Of a DNA stretch of 64,000 nucleotides, positions 1 through 13,400 are shown one piece after another. The DNA lies in contig CALXSC010000110.1 in assembly GCA_944391025.1 (NCBI GenBank), positions 74,627 through 138,626 of the forward strand, read 5' to 3'. A model generated the notes under the pieces. That model saw nothing but the letters and a program-made list of their open reading frames with translations, ran no database searches and was not told the DNA's origin. Within the stretch, counting starts at the first letter, position 1, and each line of letters starts with the position of its first letter. This DNA is from an uncultured Rickettsiales bacterium (lineage in GTDB: Bacteria; Pseudomonadota; Alphaproteobacteria; Rickettsiales; UBA1997). The position numbers were made by a program, and so were the translations under genes.

Positions 1-3000
1 ATGCATCTTGTGCTTCTTTAGATAGTTTACCTATATCTTTAAATGGTTTAATAGTTCCATCTACAGAAGTCTAAGCTTGTATTAAGTTTACTGGATCTAT
101 AATAGAATTATAAGTATTGTATATAATACTATTATTTATAATATGCTCTAATCTAGATTCAGAAACATTATCTAAATATAAATTATGATCATCTATAATT
201 TCCTTTAATTTAACAAAGATGTCATTAAATTGTTCTTCAGTCTAGATATTAATTCTAGAATCATTTGCCCATAAATACTTATTTAAATAACCTCTCCAAC
301 TTCTATTTTCAGGTTTTAATAATACTGTAGTTTCCTTTAACATTCTACCTAATAATCTTATATCTTCTGGACTATTAAGATTTAATGCAATTGAAACTTC
401 TCCAGTAGGTTCTAACGTTCTTAAATCTACTTCTGGACGTATTGTAAATAAACTACCATATTTTTCAAAAAATATAGCTGGATCAGTTCCATTAGATGAA
501 GCTTTAATTTCTACCTCTTTACCAGTAGGCATTGGTAATTCTTCAGATGCAGCTAACATTTCTGGAGAAGTTATATCTGCATATGGAGACCATAATTGAA
601 GTATACCATTTTCATCAATATCAAAAGGAGCAAGAGAAACGGTATCTATATCGAAATCGGACCCCTGAAGCAGAAGCTAATACGTAGAAACATACGCATT
701 ATTAACGTCAGGATTCTCAAATCCTACTACCTTCATGGGCATATAAGATTGCATACATTGAGCTGGAATACGAGCTGCAATAATATCCAATGATCTTAAG
801 AAGGAGGCATGTTTAGCTCTACCTTGTCTAATTATAGGATCAGTTTCTGGTAAACTTTGATAATTTTCTAAAGTAATATTGTGTAATTCATTACTTCTTT
901 CAATTATATCATTCGAGGTATTAGTTCCTTGTGTAAAATAATTATAATAATATTTTACCTTTCTACTTTTAGATTTTTTTAGTACATCTAATATACCATA
1001 AAGACCTGGTTTATCTGCTAATTGTGGAGATAATTTAATAGAATCAAAAGAGAACTATTTAATATAATAGTCAAGATCATCTGTAACTATCACTTCATTA
1101 TCCAATGCATCAAGATAAATTTCAGTACCTGGAGTAAGTTCATACATTATAGATTGATCTTCTCTTACTCTATATCTCTTACCATCTCGATCAATGTACA
1201 TTAAATTATTGATTTTTCTTAGATACTAAGTGTCTAGAAGATCACTAGGTAATAAATAATTATGATTTCCATTAGATGATTTTAATCCTATTGCATACGC
1301 TTCCGGTACAGGTTCATTTAAATTCTATAATCGTATATATTGCTTAATAAAGAAGTCTTTATCTTCTATAATCGAATTAACATCGTCTTCTTCTGTAAGC
1401 CCGAAAGATGTAGCAAACACTTTAGGCATTATAACTTCATAAGGTTGTATTTTAATAGATTCGTAATCTATGTCATAATAATCCCCGTTTATTTTAATTT
1501 TTCCTGCCTAATCAATAAGTCTTAATATCTTAGAAATTACCTCACTTTTATTAGTTTCATTGATTGTTATTTCATCTCCACCAGTTCTTAAAATAACACC
1601 ATCACCAGTACCAAATTTAACATTATACCATCTAATTAGAGATTCTAATATTACCTATTTCTCTTGTGGCGATGTAGTTTGATCATATAATTCTCTCTAT
1701 TTAGCATAAAATGTACTAAACTAGTCACGTATATTAACTCTAGTTTTAGAAAGATTCTATAAATCACTCTACAAACGTCTTCTAGTTAAAGTAATGGCAC
1801 GTTTTAAATAAATATTTTTATTAAGCTCAGATAACTCTTCTTTGGGAGTTATTTCTAAGAAATTATAAATAATATTATTAAGCTCCTCTAAACTTTTATC
1901 ATCCCATTTTTTCTATAATTTATCTAGTTTAAATAAATATTTAGCGGAATCTAAATCCCACAACTAGACATTTTTATTTTTTATATTTCCTGTATCCTAA
2001 TTAGTATAACTTACACTAAACCTAACATTGTATCCAGCTAAATTTCTACCATCAACTATACTTTCTGTAATTCTTACTATACTCTAATCATCTTGTAAAG
2101 CATAATAATCATCAGGCGTTTGTATATCTTTTATAGAAGTATATTGTACATACTAATCAGTATTTTCATCATATACTTCTCTAATAATAATATATTTTCT
2201 TCCTAATTCTACATTAGATATACTACTAGAAGTAGACATTCTACGAGCAGCTTCCTAATCAAGTCTATTTGCATAGTCTTCATTAGATTCATTTTCTAAT
2301 TTAGGATACACATCACTTAAAGTAGCTGCAAATAATTTTCTAGTAATATAATCATTAGTATTTTCCCCTGCTTGCTACGCCAAAAACTCTAGTACATTAG
2401 TGTTTATAGTTAAAGTATTACCATCATATAAAATACCAGATGTAGTTTCCTAACCTACAGGAGTTTCATCATAAATAATAGGAATACCATTAAAATTTAA
2501 AATACCTGGTATAAAAGAAGGTTTATCATCCCAATATACAGGTATCTACTCTCTTTGTAACTATTCTAACTATTTTTTTGGATCGGTATAAGATTCATAC
2601 TTTCTACCATTATATAATTTTAATAGTTCAAAAGAAGGAGTTAATACAGCTAATGTTCCTGGAATTTTCTACTTTATACCTGTATTTGTAAGAAATACAG
2701 AAATAGATGAAGTAACCTTAGCTGCAATAGTCGAATCAGAAAGAGGTAATAGCGCATCAGCAAACTTAATATCTTTACCATTTCTTGCCTATTTAATTAA
2801 ATTTCTAGCCATTATCTAAGCAAAATTTAACTAATTACTAGATTGATTCGCTAAAGTTTTAATAATAGATTTCATTACAACTTCTCTAAGTTTTTCTTCT
2901 GCTTTTGCTCTACTTTTTGGATCAGTTACTTTAAATATTTCTTCTAAAGCTTGAAAATATTCTTTAGATCTAATTTCAGTCTATTTTCTTAAAGCTTCAT

Positions 3001-6000
3001 ATAATTCCAAAGCCTAATCAAGGGTATATCCTCTTGCAGCTGCAGCAGACATAACCTGCGTCATTAACGACAATTCAGATTCATCTGCGTGATGTTCTTT
3101 ATCAAGCTGAATCCCAGCCTAATATAGATAAATTTCATAGAAATTTAATGGAATTTCATCATTTACATCATTATATATTTTAGCAGAATTTATGTTAGCT
3201 GCACCCTGTTTTACAGCTCCTTCGGTACATAAATAATGAACATCAGAATGTTTTAAAGGCTATATAACATCTTCCTAAGTCTATGGAACAGTTACACCTT
3301 TGTTTAAAATCATTACTCCGTTCATAGCTTTTACTAAATTTCTAATGGAAGATTCTGAAGGAACTAAATGATCATTTTTAAGTTCCATTGACCACTCTCC
3401 TCCAAAATATTTCCATAAGGCATAGTTAGAAACAATCTAAGTCTACTCTTCCTCTATTATTTCTTGACCTACCGGATTACCACGTTCATCAACTTCCTAT
3501 ATAGTTCTGCTATACCAATCATCTCCAAGATTTTGTATATTAATAACTTTATAATACTTACCATTTTGTTTATAGAAAATAGGTTCATATTCTATTTTCC
3601 CATTCCAAGATTGTGTAATGTCTAAAGTTTCAATTCCTTTATTTCTTTTAGCGTTATACCAACTAAAGTTTGTCATTTTCTTCATCAACCTCTGAAGTAA
3701 AGGAGAATTACGCATAAATTCATTAGTAATTGCGAATCCTGCTGTTTTAATAATACCTCCAGTACCAGTTCTTTCATCTTTAAAATGTACAAACTATTTT
3801 TTAGTCATTCCCGCTTTAGCTCCGCCAAGAGAATTATTTTCAAGATAAACTACCCCAGGGTGCACAAATGTACCACCATCAAAAGCCTTAATAGCAGAAG
3901 TCACTCCAGTGATAGTTCCTTGAAAGTCTTTAATATCCTCTATTACAGCAATATTATACCATCTGGGACATCCATTAAGTAAATTAAGAACAAATTCATG
4001 CATAGCAGCTGTCATAGATACATTTCTCTTATTCTAAGCATTCAATTGAAATGCTTCTTGTATGAGTACGTCCGAAGATCCACTTTTTTCTGGATGTGCT
4101 ACAAAGGAACCCACAGTGGTAAGCATAAATTCCTATGTAAACAAGTAATCCAAATCGTTAAATTGTTCTATTAGTGGATTTAATTGAATGTCATTTATAT
4201 TATCTAAAATCCAACTTTCATAATCAGTTTCTCCACTTTTTATAAAGTCTCTAGTAGATGTTATAGGTCTACCATTAATTTTAGCTAATATTAAGTTCCC
4301 AGAAGCATCAATCCAATTAAGGGCAGCTTCTTCACTACTATATTTACTTCTAATCCATGCTAATTCTGGCTACTTAGTATTGGTTGTATTTAATTTAAAA
4401 TTTTCTTTAAGTAAGTCAGTTAATACTTGTGCTTTCTTTTGTAACCAAAATGATTTACCAGAAGGAAAACTTTCTATTTCATCTGTAGTAAAATCAAACT
4501 CAGTACTTAAAACTTCAGGCTAAAATCTAGCAATCTAAGATAAGATTACTTGATTAAAATATAAATCACCTTTACCTGTTTTACGATAGTGTACCTAATC
4601 AATAAATCTTAAGGGTTTTAAATCTTCAGATGATTCATTTACCTTATTTATTAAATAATCCAAATACTCCTTAGGTGTTTCTATATATGATCCATAAGTC
4701 TACTATATAGTTTCTATATTAGCATGAACAAACTCATTAAATTCCTTCCATATTGTATTGATATTTTTATTAGTAAATGCAGGTAAAGGAATTTTTAAGG
4801 ATCTTGCAGACTAGAATAACTAATATACATCCTACATGACAGAATTAAGCATATTAGAATATACATTTCCTAATTCGTGTGCAATTAATGCTTTTCTCTC
4901 CTATGAATTTAAGTCTCGTATTTTCTTAGTTTGCTATACTCCATCTTCTATTACAGTTACTTCCTAATTTAAATCAAAAGGCTTTCTACTGACAGTATTT
5001 TTATCAGAATTTACAGAAGGCAAGAATAAAACCTTTCCATTTCCATTTATCGGATTTTTATCTGAATCTTTTTCCATTAATCCCCCGGCAAAATCATATA
5101 CTAACCCAGATGTAATCATTTCGTTAATACTCATTTTATTGGATTGTACTGATCCTGTGTCGGGATCATAATATTCTTTCAAGGTGTAAATTCCTTCAGA
5201 AAGTGCTGGATTAGTTAATATTAAAAGATCTTTAGTAGCAGAATCCTCATTGCGTTCCTAAAGTTCATATTGCTATTGATATGAACCTAATAGTCTACTT
5301 AATGTTTGTTGACTCTAAGTATTACCTTCGCCATCTTTAACTTGTGTAGAACTTGTCGTACCTAAATAATTAGCTCTTGCTGTAGCAAGACTACGTAATA
5401 CAGGAATATCGTTACTATGTACTAAACTATCCAGTGTTATATTATTAGCTTCTATCTATTTATTATAAATATAGGTGTTAAGCACTACTCTGGATGCAAA
5501 TTCTAATAACTATCTATAAGTACTACTAGATTGATTATTACCAAGTCGAGCATTTACTTCATCCCGAAATTCAGATTGATTAGATAAATTTAATTGTAAT
5601 ATATCATCAATAAAAGGAAGAACTACTTTATAATCTTTTGCAATACTAAAATTAGATGGAGAATTAATCGTAACTTGTCCAGTAGCTGTTACAGTTATTT
5701 GTAATTCTGTATCAGGTATATTAAATGATATACTAGTTACATTATTTCCTAATGCGTTTTCTCTAAGATTATACTAATTTTTAAAAGAATCCCATTTTCC
5801 TTTTGCAATAGCTTTATTTCTAGAATTAATGGTAAGTTCTATACCTCTACTATAATTATCAATTGAACTATCTAACATTGGTCTGACCGTAATATTACCA
5901 TCCCTTCCTTTATAGTATTGAGCTAACTTAACTTCAAAAATAGAATTTACAGTCTATACTATATTACTATAATAATCACGTTCTGAGTTCGGGTCGGATA

Positions 6001-7411
6001 ATTCTCTAATACTTTTAGGTCCATTAAATAATGCTAAATCCAGAGAATATAATTTATTTAATTCATCTCTTGTGAAATCCTTAAATAAATCAGTTTCTTT
6101 ATTTTGTATGGTTTTATTAGATAATATTTTAAATAATAGATGACTATATTTTCCAGAATTAACTACTAAATTACAGATAAGTTCTCGTAAAGTCATATCT
6201 TGAATTGTTGCTAATTCTTCTTTAGTGAATCCTTTGTTTTCTAAACCAAGTCGTTGAATATAATTACTATCAAATCTTATATTAGCGGTACTTCTATTAT
6301 TAGCAAGATCTTTAATTTTTCCGATAATGTGCTGAAAATCATTAAAATTAAGATACCTTCCAACCATTGGAGTATTTGCTTGATTTAAATATAAAGGTGA
6401 ATTATTTACAGCTTGTCTAGTTACAAAATCGGATTCAGAAGCTATATCAATATTTTCACTATTTCTCCATGTAGTAGCAATTTTAGTAGTTTTTGTATCA
6501 ATTTTATATTTATCTTCTGTCATTAAATTAAAATTCTTTATCTACATTATATTACCACAATAATTAAGTAAATAAGAATCAAAATTTCGTAAAATTACAG
6601 CAGAATTATAGGCATCTAGTTCTTCCTTAGCACTGTTTCTTTGAGAAGAATTAAGATTAGAATCAGTCATCATACTATACAATCTAATAAGATTATCAGG
6701 AGATTTATTAAGTATATTTCGTTCTATCATATCTGATAATCTTTCTAATATACTAGTATATTTTCCATCCTAATCATATAGTCTAGCAGTTCTTAATAAC
6801 TCTTTTAATTCTTCCGACGCATTTGTACCTCTTACTCTTTCTCGATTAAGATATGTTGTAATATTAGATAATAACTATTCCTAATAATTTCTAATATTAC
6901 TATTCATTTCAGAATTAGTATTTACAGTACCTGATTTAAAGTTATCAGAATATCTATTAACAAATAAGCAATCAAATAAATCGCTGTTTGTGACATGTTG
7001 TACATAATTCAATACAGATGTAGCAGTGCCGTAGGCTTCATAAAGAAACTCTTTAGAAGCCTAGGCATTTACCTCTCTATATTCAGGGTTAGATAACTAA
7101 TCTACACTAATATCATTATAATTAACCTACTAAATATTATCTTTTATCTACTTTAAGGAATCCTAAATAGTTGTTAAGGTAAAGACATTAGGAAATTGAG
7201 CTAGTATTCCCCATCTTTCCGCAGAATTTTTTATTATTTCTGCCATATCTTGATAATCATTATCTGTTATATAAGTATCCGTTAAAGTCCTATATAATGT
7301 AGATAACTATTTAAGAAATTCTCCAGGAGATAATTCATTATTTTTATAAATCCTGAATAAACCTCCTAATTGTTTCTATATTCCTCTAGAATCAATATTA
7401 CATTTATCCAT
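1..7411 (-). CDS. giant virion-type RNA polymerase-like protein (crAss-like vRNAP), C-terminus beyond window start; needs TAG read-through
   Basis: ATG is + strand cat 7409-7411, one nt after the upstream TAA. Track ORFs at 242, 3497, 3794, 4964, 5954 and 6542 share one frame and each stops at TAG (+ cta). Hand translation from 7411 to 242 met no TAA/TGA. It contains IIAARIPAQCMQSYMPMKVVGF...LLLQGSDFDIDTVS. Confidence 0.7.
644..658 (-). other. DFDID (DxDxD) putative catalytic metal-binding motif of the RNAP-like double-psi beta-barrel
   Basis: Minus strand reads tcc gat ttc gat ata gat acc (S-DFDID-T), 33 codons upstream of the Met at 559. It is preceded by an ARIPAQ...S..M segment analogous to the RxP...S..M element upstream of NADFDGD in cellular RNAPs. 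Confidence 0.55.
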
Positions 7412-7412
7412 A

Positions 7413-10400
7413 TTAAAATTTTATTGTTATCACATTAGCTAAAGAACAAGAATTTGTTGACTATTTTTGTAACTCATTATCATACTTCATTAGAGTTTGT
7501 ATAGCAGAACTTAATTCTTTTTTCAATTCTTCATTTAATATATCTTTTGGCTAACTTTCTATTTCGTTTTTAGCCTTCTCATAGCTACTTTCCATACTTC
7601 CTTCGATGTACTATCCATAATTATCTTTAAACTCTTGGTAATTAGCTGATGCATTTAAAAGATCTGCAAAATCAATGTCATTATTCATAACTTCATTTAC
7701 AATATCTATATTCTTTATTATAGTATTGAAAGCTTTAGCAAGTTCAACATCATCCTAAGTCGGCTAGACTATCTCTTCTAACTATAACTATTCATTATCA
7801 TAACTAGCATTGTATGTTTTTCCATCAATATCTACTCTAAAATAAGAAACTCCTTGAATAGCATCAGGAATTTGAGTTATAGCGTTGTTTTCGGTATCTA
7901 AAAGCATAATCTATCCGGATAGTGTATCATGTTTCTTGCTTATAACTAATTCACCTTTATTATTTATAAATGCTATTTTCTTATTATTCTTTTTGTTTAT
8001 TTCATTAACAGCATTCCTTAGCATTTCTTGAATAGTTACAGAAGTATCTAGTTCTATGCCGCTATTTTTCTTTACTCTATTTTTTAGAGTTAGTTTATCC
8101 ACATCTTCTTTAGATAAAATATTCTAATTTATACTAGAACGTCCCATAAAATAATTCTAATGGTCTTCTTTTGTACATTTATGGTTTTTATTTTTAGGAG
8201 TAGGTACTAAAGCATTTAGAAAATCTTTAACTAATCCATCAATACTTCCTTTAAATATAGGAGAATCCATTTTACCATTAATCTAATAAGGTTTTCCATC
8301 TATAGAATAAGTATTCTAAGGTGTAACAGCATAGAATGGACCCATAGTAGGACTTGCCTTTCTTGGAATCCATGCATCATATCTAACTCCATTATCTTTT
8401 CCTATAATTCTTTGAACTAGATTTACATTACCTTCATTAAGACCTATTACAGTAGAATTTCCTCTTAAATTATTTACATCATATAAAATATGATACATAG
8501 CCATATCAAGCATTCTAGCTAAAGTTATTCCGTTTTTAAATCCAACAGAAGACCAATCCTAAGAAGAATCAAATAATGCATTTTTAGCAGCTTCAAAGTT
8601 TCCAGAACTCATTAAATCTAGTATGGTTTTCCTCGCTTCATAAACTTTATCATATAAGCTTTTATTTCTATTTTGAAACATGTTATTAAATTCATTATTA
8701 TCCATTAACTGATTAAATAATAAAAAGGATGTAAACATGTTTCCTATATGCTTTTTACTGTCTCTATCAGTTTTATTAGAAGATAATGCAAGTCTAAGAT
8801 TTTCTGCATATTCTCTAATTGAAGCAGCTGGAGGATAAACGTACATCAATTTAACTCTAGGCTATACACTAGGATCAGATAACTGTTTTTCAAAATATTC
8901 ATATATTTCTACATCAGTAGTAAGAGTATTATCATAAGAAACTAAAACAAATGGATTACCTTGATTACATACCTTAACATCATTACCAGTAGCATCAGTT
9001 ATTTTACCATCTAAAGAAACATAAACATGATCAGTTACTCTTACACTAGGATTTTCTTTAAACTTATCAATAGTTGTCCATTCTTTCTATGGATTACTAT
9101 TAGAATCATAATCAAAGCCAGGAACAGATTGATATTTACCTCTTCTAGTAATAAATTGAGGACCTATACTTGTAAATCCATTAACTATAGTCCAATTATC
9201 ATCATGTATAAACTATATAGTTCTGTCAGTAAAATTAAACAACTTTAATAAATCAACTAAATTTTCATAGTATTTATTATTCTCAAATTTACTTATCAAT
9301 TCAACTACGGCTTCATGTACAGTTTTCTTATCTTCTTTAATTAATTTATCGTATAATACAGACATTTCTGAAAATACATAAGCTCCATTCTCATCCTACA
9401 TTTTTAATAATGTTAATGGAGAAGATGGAGCAAGTAATGGCAATTCCAATAAGTCTCCGTTTTCTTTAGTCCCTATAATCGCCACTAAAGCTCTATTATG
9501 CCATTCACTACTTCTTGCATCTGAAGATCCGTTAAATAAAGTACGTTCTTCCTTACTCTTATTAAATGGAGTTGGATCAGATTCTAAGAAGTTTAACTTA
9601 TTATCTTTATCATGTCTGGCATGATTTTTTAATCCAAATGTAACATAAACTCCTTGAAGATTTAATTGTCTTTCAATATCTTCTATTAATTTAGCTTTTT
9701 CTTTAATAGTAAAGAAACTATTTCTTAAATTGGCTAATATAGAAATAAAACTCTGTAATCCATTTTCAGATTTATGTACTTTTCTATCTTTAATACCATG
9801 CAAATCATCGATTCTTAATAACCCATTTACACTATCTTTTCTTGCACGCTGTCTTTTAATACTTTCTTCTGGATTATTAGGATCGTTACCAGTAGGAGCT
9901 TTAGGTAAATCAGTTTTTTCATCCACTAAGCATCCTAATTCAAAAGTATTAAAAGAATGAAGAAGCATATCTATCTAAGCAACTCCATTTTCAATAGCTG
10001 CACTAGAACGAGGCGGATTTTCAGATTCGTTAGAGTTATCAATAGCATCTTTATATTCTTCATTAGAAAGACCCTATGTTAAAACTGCAGGAGCTTTATT
10101 ATCAGAATATTCATCTTTTTCATCAGCTTCGTGATCTTCTGCACTATTGTCAGGAGGATTTAATTGCTTAACTACGCCTAAAATATCCTCTCTTTTTATA
10201 GTTTGATCATCAATTCCTTCGCTTTTAGATTTAGCAGATACTGCTACCTTATAATTACCAGAATTAATTTCTGTTATAACTCCAAATACTTCCTAATCTT
10301 TGAATTTAAATTTTATAATATCCCCTACATTTAGTTCACCATCTCTCTGGTTAATATTTATATTGTCGACAGATAGTTGACTTAACTAAGCTTTTTCATC

Positions 10401-13400
10401 ATCAGGAATACTGTTTTCATCTATCATCTAAAGATTTGAGCCAAAAGTTTTACTTGTAATAGCAGATACAACATCAGGCTAGTGCGTAATTCTAGAATAT
10501 TTCTATTCAGCTTCTTTTAAAATTTGATCCAACTCTTCTTTAGATTGACTATTATTGATTCTATTAATTAATTCTCCTTTATATTTCTTATATTCAGGAG
10601 TTTCGGTTATAGGAGTTGTATCAATTCCTTCTGACAAGGTATTATTATTAGAATTTGAAGGAACTGAAACTATGTTTTGATTTTTAGTTCTAGCAATAAA
10701 TTCAGTTTTTCCTCCTTCAGGAACAGCTTTATTTAATAAATCAATTCGTCTCTAAATGAAATCCTACAATGCTTTAGCACTAATAGTCTAATCTAATTTA
10801 TTATCGAATTTTTTAATATTAAAAGATTTATTAGCAAAATGTGTTATTAACAAACTGCCTTGTTTAGATCTAGAAATTCCAGTATATACATCATTATGCC
10901 ATCTAGGATTTAAAGCAACAGCTTCTTCTGATTCAGTTGCTTCTATAATATAATATTGAGATTCATCACCCTAAGCAGATGTACCTTTTCTAAACTCAAT
11001 ATATTTAGAATATTTTTCGGAAGAAAGTAATTTATATATTGGAGAATTTTCACTCTAATAAATATATCCTATTTTTTCTCCTGGTTTTAGAGTTTTAACT
11101 AATAAATCTATATCAGCAATTACTTTACTTAATACTTCTTCACTATTTTGATCAGTTATTATCGAAATATTTACTAAATGCTATTTAGTGCCATATATTC
11201 CAGTTTCATCCTAATAATATCCAAGTGGTACTTGTCCTTTCAGATTCTATAAATACTACTAATATGATTCTACATTTTGAGTCTAAATTGTATTATCAGA
11301 TCTCATAGAGACTCCTAATTTAGGAGTTCTAATCATATTAATCCTATTAAGTTCTACTTGATTATTATAATCTTTTCCATTAAGATTTACTACATGTTTT
11401 CCAACAACTTTAGTTTGATCAAAATCTCCCGCAGTTATTACAGTAATTCCATATTTCTAAGCATAATTCTAAATCTAATCAAGATCAAAAGTAGTAAACT
11501 TGGAAATTTCATCTATTATAATAAGACTGGGAGGAGTACTTGTTTCAGTAATACCTAAAATTGATCGGATTTCATTTTCAGTTGTAAAACTATAATCATT
11601 TTTTGGAATTATATAATTTCCTTGATCATCCTACTAATATTCTATATAAGAAGGGTTAACTTCTTTCATCCAGCCTATTCTATCATAAGCTTTAGAACGT
11701 TTTTCATTTAATTGTAAATTAGTTAATAGATTCTAAGCACTATCTTGACTAGCTCCGTGTACTATGGCTACTCTATCAAGTATTTCTGGATGAAATTTCT
11801 ACAACAGTTTAATAACCTAATTAAATACCCCATAAGATTTACCACTACCTGGTATTCCTTCTATAAATAAAATATTAGAATATCTTGGAACAGGTATAAA
11901 ACTAAAGACATAATCCACTAAATTATCATCAGCTTTTATCCTTAAGTCTAGCTTATTGATAATCTATTCTCTCTATTCTTGTGTTCTGTTTTTCCAATCA
12001 TCCTTTACTGCTTTTCTATAAGCTTTAGTAAACTATTCAAATATTCCTCCATTTAAAATCTAAGCATATGATAAATATACTCCTAATTCTTGTGTAGGAA
12101 TTGGGGCAACCAGATTTTCAGAGGACGGATCAAGTACCTATTTATATTCTCCATAAAAACTTGAAGCCTTTATAGCAGCTTTACTAGCAATCCACCATAT
12201 AATAGAGTTATCATCTATTGATTTAGAATTTTCAGTTAATAAATCATTTCCTTTAGTATATAAATTAAATCTACTTGCATTAATAAATTCTGTTAATTTA
12301 TCAATATCATTAATTTTATCCTAGTTTTTCTAAAAGAAATCATAAATTGCATCCTAAAATTTAATATTTTCCTATTCAAATTCAACTCTTTTTTCAGTTG
12401 GAATACTTTTCTCATTACTTTTCTCTAAATCTTCATGTAAAGATAGATTATATACTACTGCTTTTAACTCATCAAAACCTTCCCATTGTTTTAATTTATC
12501 ATCATCAGGAACAGTTACAATAGATTTAAACCTTTTATAAAGTAACATATCCTTATTAAAAGCAACATTATCCTACTTAGATAATATTCTACCCTAGTTT
12601 AATTCAAATAAGTTTAGATGAAACTGTAATTTATTCAAAACAGCATCAATATCAGATACCATAACATCCGCTAAACTGCTATTTATTTCAGCTAATGTAG
12701 GAAAATCTCCTTTCATCTTCTTAGCTAATTCGTTTAGAGTAACATTATAACCATAAATATTATCCACATTAACTGCATCAGTTCTTGCAGCTAATACAGC
12801 AGTACGATAAATTTGAAGAGTGTTTATTGCATTTAATAATTCCTAAGAATATTCAGTACTAAATTTAGAAACATCTCCTATTGTATTATTAAATACAGCA
12901 TTTGTTTGATTTAATAATTCCGTAATATTAATAGGATTTTCACCTATTGATATTAAGAATTCGTTATAGCTGTCTTCAAATGGAGTTTCTTTTAATTCCT
13001 ATATAGTCTTAATATATTCTTCTATTTTCTATTTATTAGATTGTATCTAAGCTATTGATTTCTAGATTTCATCTCTTTTATCAATTATTTCTTTTATTGC
13101 AGCATCCTTCTATTCCTAACTATCAAACATTTTCAATGAAATAGCCTCTTCGTCTGCAATAACATTATCGAATTCATTAGTTAATATGTTAAGATTATTG
13201 TTATATAATCCTAGAGTAGTTCCTAATAATTGAATTAAGGCATTTTTAGCCTCAGCATTTAAATATCCTCCTTTAAGAATTGGTGCTATTCTTTCTTCAA
13301 AGATATTATAAAATAAGGAAGCCCTTATTCCGTCTCTTTCCCACGATTTATTGGTTATTCTTATTTCCTTTACTTCTTCGTTAGAATCTTTAGAAATCTC

